DNA of 64,000 nucleotides from Candidatus Omnitrophota bacterium (lineage in GTDB: Bacteria > Omnitrophota > Gorgyraeia > Gygaellales > Profunditerraquicolaceae): contig JBAZJY010000001.1 of assembly GCA_041651115.1 (NCBI GenBank), forward strand, positions 325,165 through 389,164, given 5' to 3'. Below are positions 9,040-17,127 of this stretch, piece after piece. The notes beneath the pieces are model-generated. The model worked only from the letters and a program-made list of their open reading frames with translations. It made no database searches and was not told where the DNA came from. The position numbers and the translations under genes were made by a program. Positions within the stretch are counted from its first letter, which is position 1. Each line of letters begins with the position of its first letter.

Positions 9040-9855
9040 ATGGAAGCGTTAAAGACTTACCTGAAAGAAGTTAAAACTATTCCCTTGCTGACAGCTGAAC
9101 AGGAAGTGAGCTTAAGCAAGCGGATCAAAAAAGGCGATGAACACGCGCGCAAGGAAATGATCCGTTCTAACCTGCGCCTGGTGATCAATATTGCCAAGAA
9201 GTATATGTATCTCGGGATTCCCCTCCTCGACCTGATAGAGGAGGGGAATCTTGGTTTAATGAAAGCAGTAGATAAATTCAATCATAAAAAAGGTTTTCGT
9301 TTTTCCACTTACGCCGCATGGTGGATCAGGCAGGGCATTACCCGCTCCATATCGGAACAGGGCAAGATGATCCGCGTGCCGGTTTACATGAACGAACTTA
9401 TTTCCAAGTGGCGGAAGAACAAAGAGCGCATGGCGCAAAAACTGAAAGCCGTGCCTACGGACGAACAGGTCGCCAAAAAATTAAAGCTGACTCCGGAAAA
9501 GGTAGAGCAGATAAATTTCTGGCTGTCTACCAAGACGTCGTCATTAGACGCGCCGATCGGCGAAGAAGAAGAGAGCCAGGTCATTGATCTGGTTGAAGAC
9601 CGGACTTCCGCAGCCCCGGACGCCGAGATCACCCGCATAATGAAGAAAGAGCACGTGGACAGCCTGCTTGAGATCATGAATGAAAGAGAGCGCAGGGTCC
9701 TGGATATGCGCTATGGCCTTGATGACGGAAAACAGCGGACCCTTGCCGAGGTGGCGGATGAAATGGGCGTTTCCCGCGAAAGGATCCGCCAGATTGAAGA
9801 GGTAGCGCTGAAGAAATTGAAAAAATTCGCCAACCAGCAGGAGAGTGAGTTATGA
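9040..9855 (+). CDS. RNA polymerase sigma factor, sigma-70 family (regions 1.2-4; no region 1.1)
   Basis: [18 protein letters not shown] (region 1.2/2.1), [37 protein letters not shown] (2.2-2.4) and a region 4 HTH ([21 protein letters not shown]). Confidence 0.85.
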   Translation: MEALKTYLKEVKTIPLLTAEQEVSLSKRIKKGDEHARKEMIRSNLRLVINIAKKYMYLGIPLLDLIEEGNLGLMKAVDKFNHKKGFRFSTYAAWWIRQGITRSISEQGKMIRVPVYMNELISKWRKNKERMAQKLKAVPTDEQVAKKLKLTPEKVEQINFWLSTKTSSLDAPIGEEEESQVIDLVEDRTSAAPDAEITRIMKKEHVDSLLEIMNERERRVLDMRYGLDDGKQRTLAEVADEMGVSRERIRQIEEVALKKLKKFANQQESEL

Positions 9856-10382
9856 AAAAAGCCGGGCTTGCATCTTGCATACGCAGTATACCGGATTTTC
9901 CCAAGCCCGGCATATTGTTCAGGGATATCACCACGCTTTTAAAGGACAAAGAAGCTTTTAAGCAGGCGATCGGCGAATTAGCCGAAAAATTCAAAAATAA
10001 AAAAATCGATTACGTAGTGGCAGTGGAGGCCAGGGGTTTTATCCTGGGAGGCGCGATTGCCGAAAAGATCAACGCGGGATTTATACCGGTGCGCAAAAAA
10101 GGCAAGCTGCCGTGGAGGACAAAGTCGGTGACATATGAATTGGAGTATGGAACCGATACTTTAGAGATCCACGAAGACGCGCTGGAACCCGGCTGCCGGG
10201 TTTTGATCATCGACGACCTTTTAGCTACCGGAGGCACGGTCAGCGCCGTAGCAAAGCTGGTTGAGGCGCAAGGCGCAAAAATCGAAGCGATCGCTTTTAT
10301 AATTGAATTAGTAGATTTAAAAGGCCGCGCAAAGCTAAAACAATACCCTGTTATTTCGCTGGTTGAATTTGAAGGAGAGTGA
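9852..10382 (+). CDS. apt: adenine phosphoribosyltransferase
   Basis: [16 protein letters not shown]...[16 protein letters not shown]...[17 protein letters not shown]-binding motif. ATGA overlap with the sigma gene. Confidence 0.9.
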   Translation: MKKAGLASCIRSIPDFPKPGILFRDITTLLKDKEAFKQAIGELAEKFKNKKIDYVVAVEARGFILGGAIAEKINAGFIPVRKKGKLPWRTKSVTYELEYGTDTLEIHEDALEPGCRVLIIDDLLATGGTVSAVAKLVEAQGAKIEAIAFIIELVDLKGRAKLKQYPVISLVEFEGE

Positions 10383-10446
10383 GCTCCTTAAACTTTGGTT
10401 TAGCGAAATCCCTGCGAGTGAAGCGATCAGGGATGAGAAGTATATT

Positions 10447-10520
10447 GCGCCTGTAGCTCATAAGGATAGAGCAGCAGTTTCCTAAACTGCGTGCGGCAGG
10501 TTCGATTCCTGCCAGGCGCA
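10447..10520 (+). tRNA. tRNA-Arg (anticodon CCT)
   Basis: Manual cloverleaf: acceptor GCGCCTG/CAGGCGC, D-arm GCTC..GAGC, anticodon stem GCAGT/ACTGC with loop TTCCTAA (CCT), T-arm GCAGG-TTCGATT-CCTGC. 74 nt. Confidence 0.8.
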
Positions 10521-10632
10521 TTAATATACTTTATAAACGGCCGGCAGGTTCGTCCCGCCTCGCAAGCTCGGCGGGATTAATTCGGCCAGACAACTTACGT
10601 TCACTGTGTTCCGTAAGTTGTGGCCTCATTAA

Positions 10633-10648
10633 ATTCCTGCCAGGCGCA
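10633..10648 (+). repeat. 16-nt exact direct copy of the tRNA-Arg 3' end (attcctgccaggcgca), att-site-like
   Basis: Identical to tRNA positions 10505-10520. A second degenerate T-arm copy (cggcaggttcg) lies at 10542-10552. Confidence 0.6.
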
Positions 10649-10659
10649 CTTTATTTAAA

Positions 10660-11319
10660 ATGTACGATCTGCATACCCATTCTCTCTTGAGTGACGGAGC
10701 GCTGCTCCCTTCTGAAGTAGCCGCGCGTTATCAGAATGCCGGCTTCAAAGTTATTGCCATTTGTGACCACGCCGATTACAGCAATATAGACAATATCGTA
10801 GATTCTATCATTAATTTTAGCCGTAACTGGCCGGCAGGTTCTTTGATCAAGGTCTTGCCCGGCGTAGAATTGACGCATTTGCCGCTTAGCCATTTCCGGC
10901 CGCTGGCAGAATATAGCCGCTCAAAAGGAGTCAAGATCATTGTCGGCCACGGGCAGTCTCCGGTTGAGCCGGTGATCGCCGGAACCAATCGCGCGGCGCT
11001 TGAGGCAGGCATAGATATACTGGCGCACCCCGGTTTGATCACCGACGATGACGTTATGCTTGCAAAGGAAAGAGGGACCTTCCTTGAAATCACCTGCCGC
11101 GGCGGCCACGATAAGGGCAACCGGCATGTTGTAAAACAAGCGCTTAAGTTCGGGGCAAAGCTGGTTATTGATACGGATAGCCATTCACCAAGCGACATTC
11201 CGACATATGAGAAAATGCGCCAGGTGGGCCTTAAGGCAGGGCTTAAATCCGATCAGGTAGACCGTATTTTTAGCGATGTTCGGGAATTCCTTAGAACTAA
11301 GGGGGTAGAGTTATCATGA
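10660..11319 (+). CDS. PHP-domain metal-dependent phosphoesterase
   Basis: MYDLHTHSLLSDGALLPSEV ... ICDHAD ... DTDSHS: PHP (polymerase/histidinol phosphatase) His/Asp motifs. Confidence 0.7.
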   Translation: MYDLHTHSLLSDGALLPSEVAARYQNAGFKVIAICDHADYSNIDNIVDSIINFSRNWPAGSLIKVLPGVELTHLPLSHFRPLAEYSRSKGVKIIVGHGQSPVEPVIAGTNRAALEAGIDILAHPGLITDDDVMLAKERGTFLEITCRGGHDKGNRHVVKQALKFGAKLVIDTDSHSPSDIPTYEKMRQVGLKAGLKSDQVDRIFSDVREFLRTKGVELS

Positions 11320-11774
11320 CGCGTAAAACCTTTCTTGTTGTGGCGTTATTTTGTTTTATTATCGGTTTATTCGGATGTGCCGCGGTTTCGCAAAGGGATA
11401 GGGACACGATAAATCCGGCATTACTTGAGCCGCAGCCAATTGCCAGGTTCAGCGATGTTCCGGTACCGGTAGGCTTTAAGTTTATCCCGCAGGAATCATA
11501 TTCTTTTGAAACATCCGGCGTGCGCATGGGGCTTTTACGCTATCGCGGCAAAGGCAATCCCGACCTGGTCGTAAATTTCTACCGTGAGCAGATGGAAATG
11601 TATAATTGGCGACTGCTTAATGTCGTGGAATACGGCCAGCGCCTGATGAATTTTGACCGCGAAACCGAAACCTGCATTGTTAACATTATGCCAAGGTCCG
11701 GCAGCGTGGAGATCACTATTGCCGTAGGCCCAAAGGCCCAAGGTTCCAAGAAGGCTAAGCCGGTTGTCAAGTAA
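11316..11774 (+). CDS. hypothetical lipoprotein
   Basis: Signal peptide with lipobox (FIIGLFGC). No recognised family. ATGA overlap with the PHP gene. Confidence 0.5.
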   Translation: MTRKTFLVVALFCFIIGLFGCAAVSQRDRDTINPALLEPQPIARFSDVPVPVGFKFIPQESYSFETSGVRMGLLRYRGKGNPDLVVNFYREQMEMYNWRLLNVVEYGQRLMNFDRETETCIVNIMPRSGSVEITIAVGPKAQGSKKAKPVVK

Positions 11775-11988
11775 CTTGAAAAAACCCAGCCAAGTTTTAA
11801 CAACTAAGCAAGCAGCCGAATTCTTCCAGATACATCCGCTTACCATTAACCGCTACGCGCGCGAAGGGAAAATCCCCGCCTTTAAGATCGGCAGCGAATG
11901 GAAATTCCATAAGAAACAGCTTGCCAGATGGATCAAGGACAGGTCGCGCTATAAAATCGCCCGAAACGGCGAACGGCGGTTATTTTAA
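11764..11988 (+). CDS. excisionase-family helix-turn-helix DNA-binding protein (start uncertain: TTG at 11764 or 11776)
   Basis: LTTKQAAEFFQIHPLTINRYAREGKIPAFKIGSEWKF matches the excisionase/MerR-type HTH_17 signature (TIGR01764-like). No ATG start; near-cognate TTG. Confidence 0.6.
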   Translation: MSSNLKKPSQVLTTKQAAEFFQIHPLTINRYAREGKIPAFKIGSEWKFHKKQLARWIKDRSRYKIARNGERRLF

Positions 11989-11998
11989 AAACATTTGA

Positions 11999-12027
11999 TT
12001 GACAAAACACCCAAAGCATAATAAATT
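11999..12027 (+). promoter_or_regulatory. putative sigma-70 promoter upstream of the TonB-receptor / peptide cluster
   Basis: TTGACA (11999-12004), 17-nt spacer, TAAATT (12022-12027). Confidence 0.35.
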
Positions 12028-12124
12028 GATAGTATAGATTTGCCTGCATAGCTTATTGCAACTATACAGCTTACAACTCATCTTCAACTTTGAATCTCTA
12101 CGATTTAGCCTTATTCTCTTACAC

Positions 12125-13960
12125 GTGAAGCTTCTTCGCGCGATATTAATTTCCGGGTTAATCTTTGGTATATACGGCAGCGCACTAGCTGATGAGGTTG
12201 ATCTTGAAAGGATCGTGGTAACGAATAAACGCGCTTCCGGCGGCTTGGATGAGGCAGCGGAAAATATTGCGATTGTTGAAGAAGGGGAAATTGCTGAATT
12301 ACCTGCCAATGACTTGGGGGAGGTTTTAAGCTATGTGCCCGGCATTGATGTTGCGCCGACTAAAGGTTTTGGCAGGGCAAGCAGCCTAAGCATACAGGGC
12401 AGTGATTCCCGGCAGGTCAGGGTAATGATTGACGGTATCCCGTTAAATACCCAGTCTTCAGGACAGGTAAATCCGTCAGAATTTCCCATTGAGAATATTG
12501 CTAAGATTGAAGTGATTAAGGGCCCGGGTTCCAGCGTCTGGGGTTCAGGCCTGGGCGGTGTAATTAATATTATCACCAAAGAGACCGGAAAAACGTTTAT
12601 ACCTAAAGGCCGCGTTATCTCGTCTTATTCCGGCTTTGATACAAAAAGAGAGAGCGCGGAATTATCCGGAAAATTTTCTGGCCTCGGCTATTATCTATTC
12701 TCCAGCTATATGGATTCCGGCGGCAAGGGCTCGAAAAGTGACGTGCTGGAAAAGAAGGCTTTCAGCAAATTGTCGTATGATCTAAAGGCAGGCGGAAAGC
12801 TAACCGCTCTTTTTGGTTACAGCAGCGCTGACGTTAACAGCGGAGAGTTCCCCGGCGGCTCATGGCAGGCGCAGCCATACCGCGATCTTTATGGAAAGCT
12901 GGGGTGGGAAAATACCTTTGGGCCGGCTGACTTTAAAATTGATCTCAAGCATTTCAGAAAAGGCGTTGTTACAAAAGATTATTCTACCGTTTCAGATGAG
13001 GCGCCTTATTCGCGGGTTGACTCGAAAGATTATCTTTACCAGGTAAGCCTTAATTCAAGCCTGCGTCCGCGTAAAGTTGACCTTTTGGTAGCCGGTATGG
13101 ACTTTGACAATGATACTGTAAAATCGAGCCCGTATCTTTCTACGGCTAAGAACTTAAAGATCTACGCGCCGTATATAAACTACAGTTTGAAATTGAAACC
13201 GTGGGACATCAACTTTGGCCTGCGTTATGACAATAACAGTGAATTCGGCAGCGCTACCAGCCCGGCGTTAGGCGCAGTGTATCACTTTGAAAATTTACCG
13301 GGCACCCTGGTCCGGGCAGGGGTTTCGCGCGCGTTTAACGCGCCGCCGTTGCTTTGGAAATTTAATTATAATCCCGGTCTGAGCATTGCCCCGAATCCTG
13401 ATATAAAAGCGGAACGTGCCTGGGTATATGAAGCAGGGTTGGAAAGCCGGGCAATACCGCGGCTTTGGCTCAAGTTTTCACTTTATCGTTCTGATGTCAG
13501 GGACGCAATCAGCAGCGCGCAGAATGATGATAACCTTACCTACATGAAGAACTTCCAAAGGTTCTGCAGGCAGGGCTTGGAACTTGATTCAAGATTTGAG
13601 ATTTGCGACGGCCTGTATTTTCGCGTATCCGCGGCTTTTAACGACATAAAAGATACAGATACCGATCAGATTGTCAGGGGCGGAGGCAAGGCGCGCCAAA
13701 GTTTTAATACTGCCATAGAATATAAATCTAAATTCGGGCTTGCGGTTTCCCTTATCGGCTATTATAACCGCTGGAATGAACCGGCGGATTTCCAGCCCAA
13801 TGACCGCAAAATGCTTTGCGATCTGAAGATTACGCAGGAATGGAAGATGGTTTCCCTGTTCTTTAATGTGCATAATCTGAATAACAGCAGGTATTGGGCT
13901 GATTCTTACTTTCCTGTTCCGCAGAGGTATTTTGAAGGCGGGCTTAGCGTTAACTGGTAG
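12125..13960 (+). CDS. TonB-dependent outer-membrane receptor (small, about 610 aa)
   Basis: Signal peptide VKLLRAILISGLIFGIYGSALA. Plug domain (DEVDLERIVVT, GIDVAPTKGFGRASSLSIQGSDSRQVRVMIDGIPLN, IEVIKGPGSSVWGSGLGGVINIITK). C-terminal barrel ending in an aromatic residue. GTG start chosen (the track's 12056 is a TTG 23 codons upstream). Confidence 0.75.
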   Translation: MKLLRAILISGLIFGIYGSALADEVDLERIVVTNKRASGGLDEAAENIAIVEEGEIAELPANDLGEVLSYVPGIDVAPTKGFGRASSLSIQGSDSRQVRVMIDGIPLNTQSSGQVNPSEFPIENIAKIEVIKGPGSSVWGSGLGGVINIITKETGKTFIPKGRVISSYSGFDTKRESAELSGKFSGLGYYLFSSYMDSGGKGSKSDVLEKKAFSKLSYDLKAGGKLTALFGYSSADVNSGEFPGGSWQAQPYRDLYGKLGWENTFGPADFKIDLKHFRKGVVTKDYSTVSDEAPYSRVDSKDYLYQVSLNSSLRPRKVDLLVAGMDFDNDTVKSSPYLSTAKNLKIYAPYINYSLKLKPWDINFGLRYDNNSEFGSATSPALGAVYHFENLPGTLVRAGVSRAFNAPPLLWKFNYNPGLSIAPNPDIKAERAWVYEAGLESRAIPRLWLKFSLYRSDVRDAISSAQNDDNLTYMKNFQRFCRQGLELDSRFEICDGLYFRVSAAFNDIKDTDTDQIVRGGGKARQSFNTAIEYKSKFGLAVSLIGYYNRWNEPADFQPNDRKMLCDLKITQEWKMVSLFFNVHNLNNSRYWADSYFPVPQRYFEGGLSVNW

Positions 13961-13973
13961 ATAAAGACAAACA

Positions 13974-15557
13974 ATGCTTCGCGCCACAGCCATTTTTCTA
14001 TCAATGATGCTGTCCGTAGCAGTTTTAGAAGCTAAGGAAGTATCGCCGGAAACCAGCCGCTATGGCGGGACCCTGGTTTGGGGCGTTGCCTATAAACCCA
14101 CCATTATTAATCCCATCCTTACTACGCAAAGCGTATCTGCTTCGCTGCAGGGCCTGATTTTTAATGAGCTTATCCGTTTAAATGCAAAAGGCGAAATTGA
14201 ACCGGATTTGGCAGAATCTTGGGAGATTTCCGAAGACGGACTTGTTTATACCTTCCATTTGAGAAAAGGCGTTAAATTTCACGATGGAGTTGAGTGCACC
14301 GCCGAAGACGTAAAATTTACTTTTGATGCAGTAATTGATCCGAAAGTAAACTCGCCTTTTAGATCGTTTTTTAGTCTAGTTGCTGAATTTACGGCAGCTG
14401 ATAAATATACATTTCAGGTAGTTTTGACCAAGCCATCCGCACCGCTTCTTTACCGTTTTATCCGTCCGATAGCTCCCAAGCATATCTTAGGAAATGCCGA
14501 CCCCAAGAACTCGCCGTTTAATTACCGTCCGATCGGCACCGGGCCGTTTAAGTTTAGGGAATGGACAAAAGATGACCAAATTATCCTGGAATATAACCCG
14601 GATTATTATGAGGGCAGGCCGTATCTTGATAAGATCATAGTTAAAACCTATGCTAATTCTCAACAGCTTTGGGCAGCAATTATGCGGCAGGAAGTGGATC
14701 TGGTCCTGTTTATTGAGCGGGAAGATTATGATATTTTAAAAAATGACCCCTTGTTTAGAAATTATGCATATCCAATAGATCATTCGTTTGTTATTTCTTA
14801 TAATCTTAAAGATCCTATTCTGTCAGATTTAACGGTTAGAAAGGCCATAGCTTGCGGTATCAACAGGAAAGAGGTAATAGAAAAAATCTCGTTTGGGCAT
14901 GGAGTTGAGTGCAATGGTCCATTTTACTTTGGGTCGATTGGGTATAATCCGATGGTTAAGCCTTTTGGATTTAATCCGGGAAAAGCCAAGCAATTATTGG
15001 CAGAAGCTGCTTGGCAAGATCTGAATAATGATGGGATATTGGAAAAAGAAGGGCAGGATCTGGAAATTCGGATGCTGGTGGATGAACGTAATGAAATATA
15101 CCGTAAAATGGCCATGTTGTTCCGGCAACAACTTCAGGAAATTGGGATAAAACTTGTTATTTTTTTGTATAATGACGATATGGAACTGACGAAGAGCTTC
15201 TTGGAAAGAAATAAGATCCAGGCGCAATTGAATTTACTTCCAACCCGCGTTGATCCCGATCAAGTTTTTGAAGAATGGACTACCCAGGGGCCAGAAAAAA
15301 TTTATAAATTATGGGAATATGATAACTTTGAAGTTGAGCGGTACTTTTCGCTGGGAAAAGCTACCTTGGATAAAAATAAAAAGCGGTGGATTTATCAGGA
15401 AATTCATAAATTTATCTATGAAGACCAGCCGCTTTATTTTTTATATTTTCCATTTTTTTTCCATTCGGTTTCGTCAAGAATTGACAATACGGATGACTTT
15501 TTTACATTAAACATGCCCTACAATTCAATGCGAAAATGGTTTATTAAACACCAGTAG
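13974..15557 (+). CDS. ABC-transporter substrate-binding protein, family 5 (OppA/DppA/NikA-like); orphan, no cognate permease/ATPase nearby
   Basis: Signal peptide. GGTLVWGVAYKPTIINPIL...LIRLNAKGEIEPDLAESWEISEDGLVYTFHLRKGVKFHDG is typical SBP_bac_5. Confidence 0.8.
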   Translation: MLRATAIFLSMMLSVAVLEAKEVSPETSRYGGTLVWGVAYKPTIINPILTTQSVSASLQGLIFNELIRLNAKGEIEPDLAESWEISEDGLVYTFHLRKGVKFHDGVECTAEDVKFTFDAVIDPKVNSPFRSFFSLVAEFTAADKYTFQVVLTKPSAPLLYRFIRPIAPKHILGNADPKNSPFNYRPIGTGPFKFREWTKDDQIILEYNPDYYEGRPYLDKIIVKTYANSQQLWAAIMRQEVDLVLFIEREDYDILKNDPLFRNYAYPIDHSFVISYNLKDPILSDLTVRKAIACGINRKEVIEKISFGHGVECNGPFYFGSIGYNPMVKPFGFNPGKAKQLLAEAAWQDLNNDGILEKEGQDLEIRMLVDERNEIYRKMAMLFRQQLQEIGIKLVIFLYNDDMELTKSFLERNKIQAQLNLLPTRVDPDQVFEEWTTQGPEKIYKLWEYDNFEVERYFSLGKATLDKNKKRWIYQEIHKFIYEDQPLYFLYFPFFFHSVSSRIDNTDDFFTLNMPYNSMRKWFIKHQ

Positions 15558-15589
15558 TAGAAATCGGAGGAGAAAGGAGGTGAGGGCGA

Positions 15590-15679
15590 ATGGAGGTAAT
15601 CAGATATGGGTCAGATACGGTGATTGGTCCGCGTAGCTGTTGTTTCCCATCAGGGACAATGGGGTTAAGATTGAAATAG
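15590..15679 (+). CDS. unannotated small ORF (29 aa, MEVIRYGSDTVIGPRSCCFPSGTMGLRLK); candidate RiPP precursor peptide
   Basis: Strong SD (gaaAGGAGGTgagggcga-ATG, 8-nt spacing), 33 nt after the SBP stop and 75 nt before the radical-SAM/SPASM gene. Cys-Cys pair. Absent from the six-frame track (<60 aa). Confidence 0.4.
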   Translation: MEVIRYGSDTVIGPRSCCFPSGTMGLRLK

Positions 15680-15695
15680 TTGATAAATAAAGTTT

Positions 15696-15741
15696 CCTTG
15701 CGAGGTAAGGTTCTCATGGAAAAGAAACTTACCTCGCAAGG
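15696..15741 (+). promoter_or_regulatory. 14-bp-stem hairpin (ccttgcgaggtaag / cttacctcgcaagg) between the small ORF and the rSAM gene; putative attenuator/partial terminator. It contains the start of a 13-codon mini-ORF (15716-15757, MEKKLTSQGYFKL) whose TGA overlaps the rSAM ATG
   Basis: Read directly from the sequence. The ATGA overlap at 15754-15757 implies translational coupling. Confidence 0.4.
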
Positions 15742-15753
15742 ATATTTCAAATT

Positions 15754-17127
15754 ATGAAACTCTCACGTTTTAATATTTGGGTTAAGGATTATCCGCAGGC
15801 AGGCGACTATTTGTTATTTAACAGCCGCACGCAGGCGCTGATCCGTATCAGCAGCCAATTTAAAGCTGAACTGGATGCCTTTGTTTCTGGCGCAGCAGCT
15901 GCCAGCTGCGTTCAGGTCAGCCAGAACAGCGCTGCTTTAAGGAAAAATGGAATTATTGTTGAGGATGAGCAAGAAGAACAGGAAAAATTAGATGATTTTT
16001 TCCGGCAGCTCAAACACGAGTCCTGCGGCCTTAGTTTTGAAACCACCATACTCACCACCTATAGTTGCAATTTTAAATGCGTTTATTGCTTTGAGGAGCA
16101 GGTCAAGGAAAATGTTTTTCTTAACGCGGAAACCAGCGGTTTGATCGTTAACTGGCTGATCCACAAAGCCAAAGAAGGTAAATTCAGGACGATTCATCTG
16201 GTTTATTACGGCGGCGAGCCTTTGCTTAATCCGGCTCCGATTTACAATATCTCACGTAAGCTTTTTGCCTGGGCGCAGGATGAAGGCATTAAATTCGGTT
16301 TTTCTATAATTTCCAACGGCAGCCTGATCACTCCGCAATTGGTTGGCCGCTTGCTTAGCGTCGGCCTTAAGGAAATCCGGGTTACTATTGACGGCGACCG
16401 GCAGGCGCATAACCTGAAGCGGCCGTTCCTTGACGGATCCGGGTCGTTTGATGCGATCATCAATAATATAAAAAAAGTAATTGATAAGGTAAACATCGGC
16501 ATTGCCGGAAATTTTGACCGGCAAAGCTTTGCCAGTATTCCCCGTTTATTGGATTATCTGGAGGAAGAGGGGGTACTTTATCAGCTTAGCAGCATTAATT
16601 TTGCGCCGATTGTGCCGCGCTTAGGCCCGAAATCAGATCCCGGGGCAATTGAACTGGTAGAATGCGGCTCTTTTATCGGCAAGGAAGGCATGTTCAAGGA
16701 AACGATCGCTTTGAAAAAAGAATTAATCCGGCGCGGCTTAAAAATCAGCACCGGGCTTGCGGTCAATGCCTGCCCGTTATTCATGCAGAGCGCCGGAGTA
16801 ACCATAGACCCCAAAGGCGTGCTTTACAAATGTAATTCATTGCTTGGCCACCCGGAATTCTCCGTCGGAAACGTGCGCAATAAAGCTTACAATGAAAAAT
16901 CCCGGGAATTCTTTGAACTTGACGCCTGGAAAAAATGCCCTGCTGATTGCGCGTATGTGCCGATGTGCCAGGGCGGCTGCCGGTTCTTTTCTTACGTGGA
17001 AAACGGTAACTTTACCGATCTTTCCTGCAAGCGCGATTACTTTGACTACATAATCCCGGAGCTGATTAAGCTGGAATATGAAAAACTTAAAACTGAGGCC
17101 GTTCCTGCGGCTGCTAAAGCCGTATAA
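15754..17127 (+). CDS. radical SAM / SPASM-domain peptide-modifying enzyme (about 100-aa N-terminal extension, possible RRE)
   Basis: CNFKCVYC (CxxxCxxC) followed by YGGEPLLNP. C-terminal Cys-rich SPASM region (CPLFMQSAG...CNSLLGHP...CPADCAYVPMCQGGCRFF). Confidence 0.85.
   Translation: MKLSRFNIWVKDYPQAGDYLLFNSRTQALIRISSQFKAELDAFVSGAAAASCVQVSQNSAALRKNGIIVEDEQEEQEKLDDFFRQLKHESCGLSFETTILTTYSCNFKCVYCFEEQVKENVFLNAETSGLIVNWLIHKAKEGKFRTIHLVYYGGEPLLNPAPIYNISRKLFAWAQDEGIKFGFSIISNGSLITPQLVGRLLSVGLKEIRVTIDGDRQAHNLKRPFLDGSGSFDAIINNIKKVIDKVNIGIAGNFDRQSFASIPRLLDYLEEEGVLYQLSSINFAPIVPRLGPKSDPGAIELVECGSFIGKEGMFKETIALKKELIRRGLKISTGLAVNACPLFMQSAGVTIDPKGVLYKCNSLLGHPEFSVGNVRNKAYNEKSREFFELDAWKKCPADCAYVPMCQGGCRFFSYVENGNFTDLSCKRDYFDYIIPELIKLEYEKLKTEAVPAAAKAV

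Noticed and set aside
10521-10659. A second tRNA or ncRNA between tRNA-Arg and the PHP gene
   Set aside because: The stretch contains T-arm/acceptor-like fragments and two hairpins but cannot be folded into a cloverleaf. It is interpreted instead as tRNA 3'-end remnants (att-like).
12028-12124. Riboswitch (for example cobalamin) in the leader of the TonB-dependent receptor gene
   Set aside because: The leader is only about 100 nt, lacks the conserved B12-box and other riboswitch cores I can recognise, and shows only short CAACT repeats.
15544-15750. 68-aa minus-strand ORF from the track covering the SBP-to-rSAM intergenic gap
   Set aside because: It has no RBS and a low-complexity translation. 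The + strand explains the gap better, with a strongly SD-led 29-codon ORF and a hairpin aligned to neighbouring gene starts.
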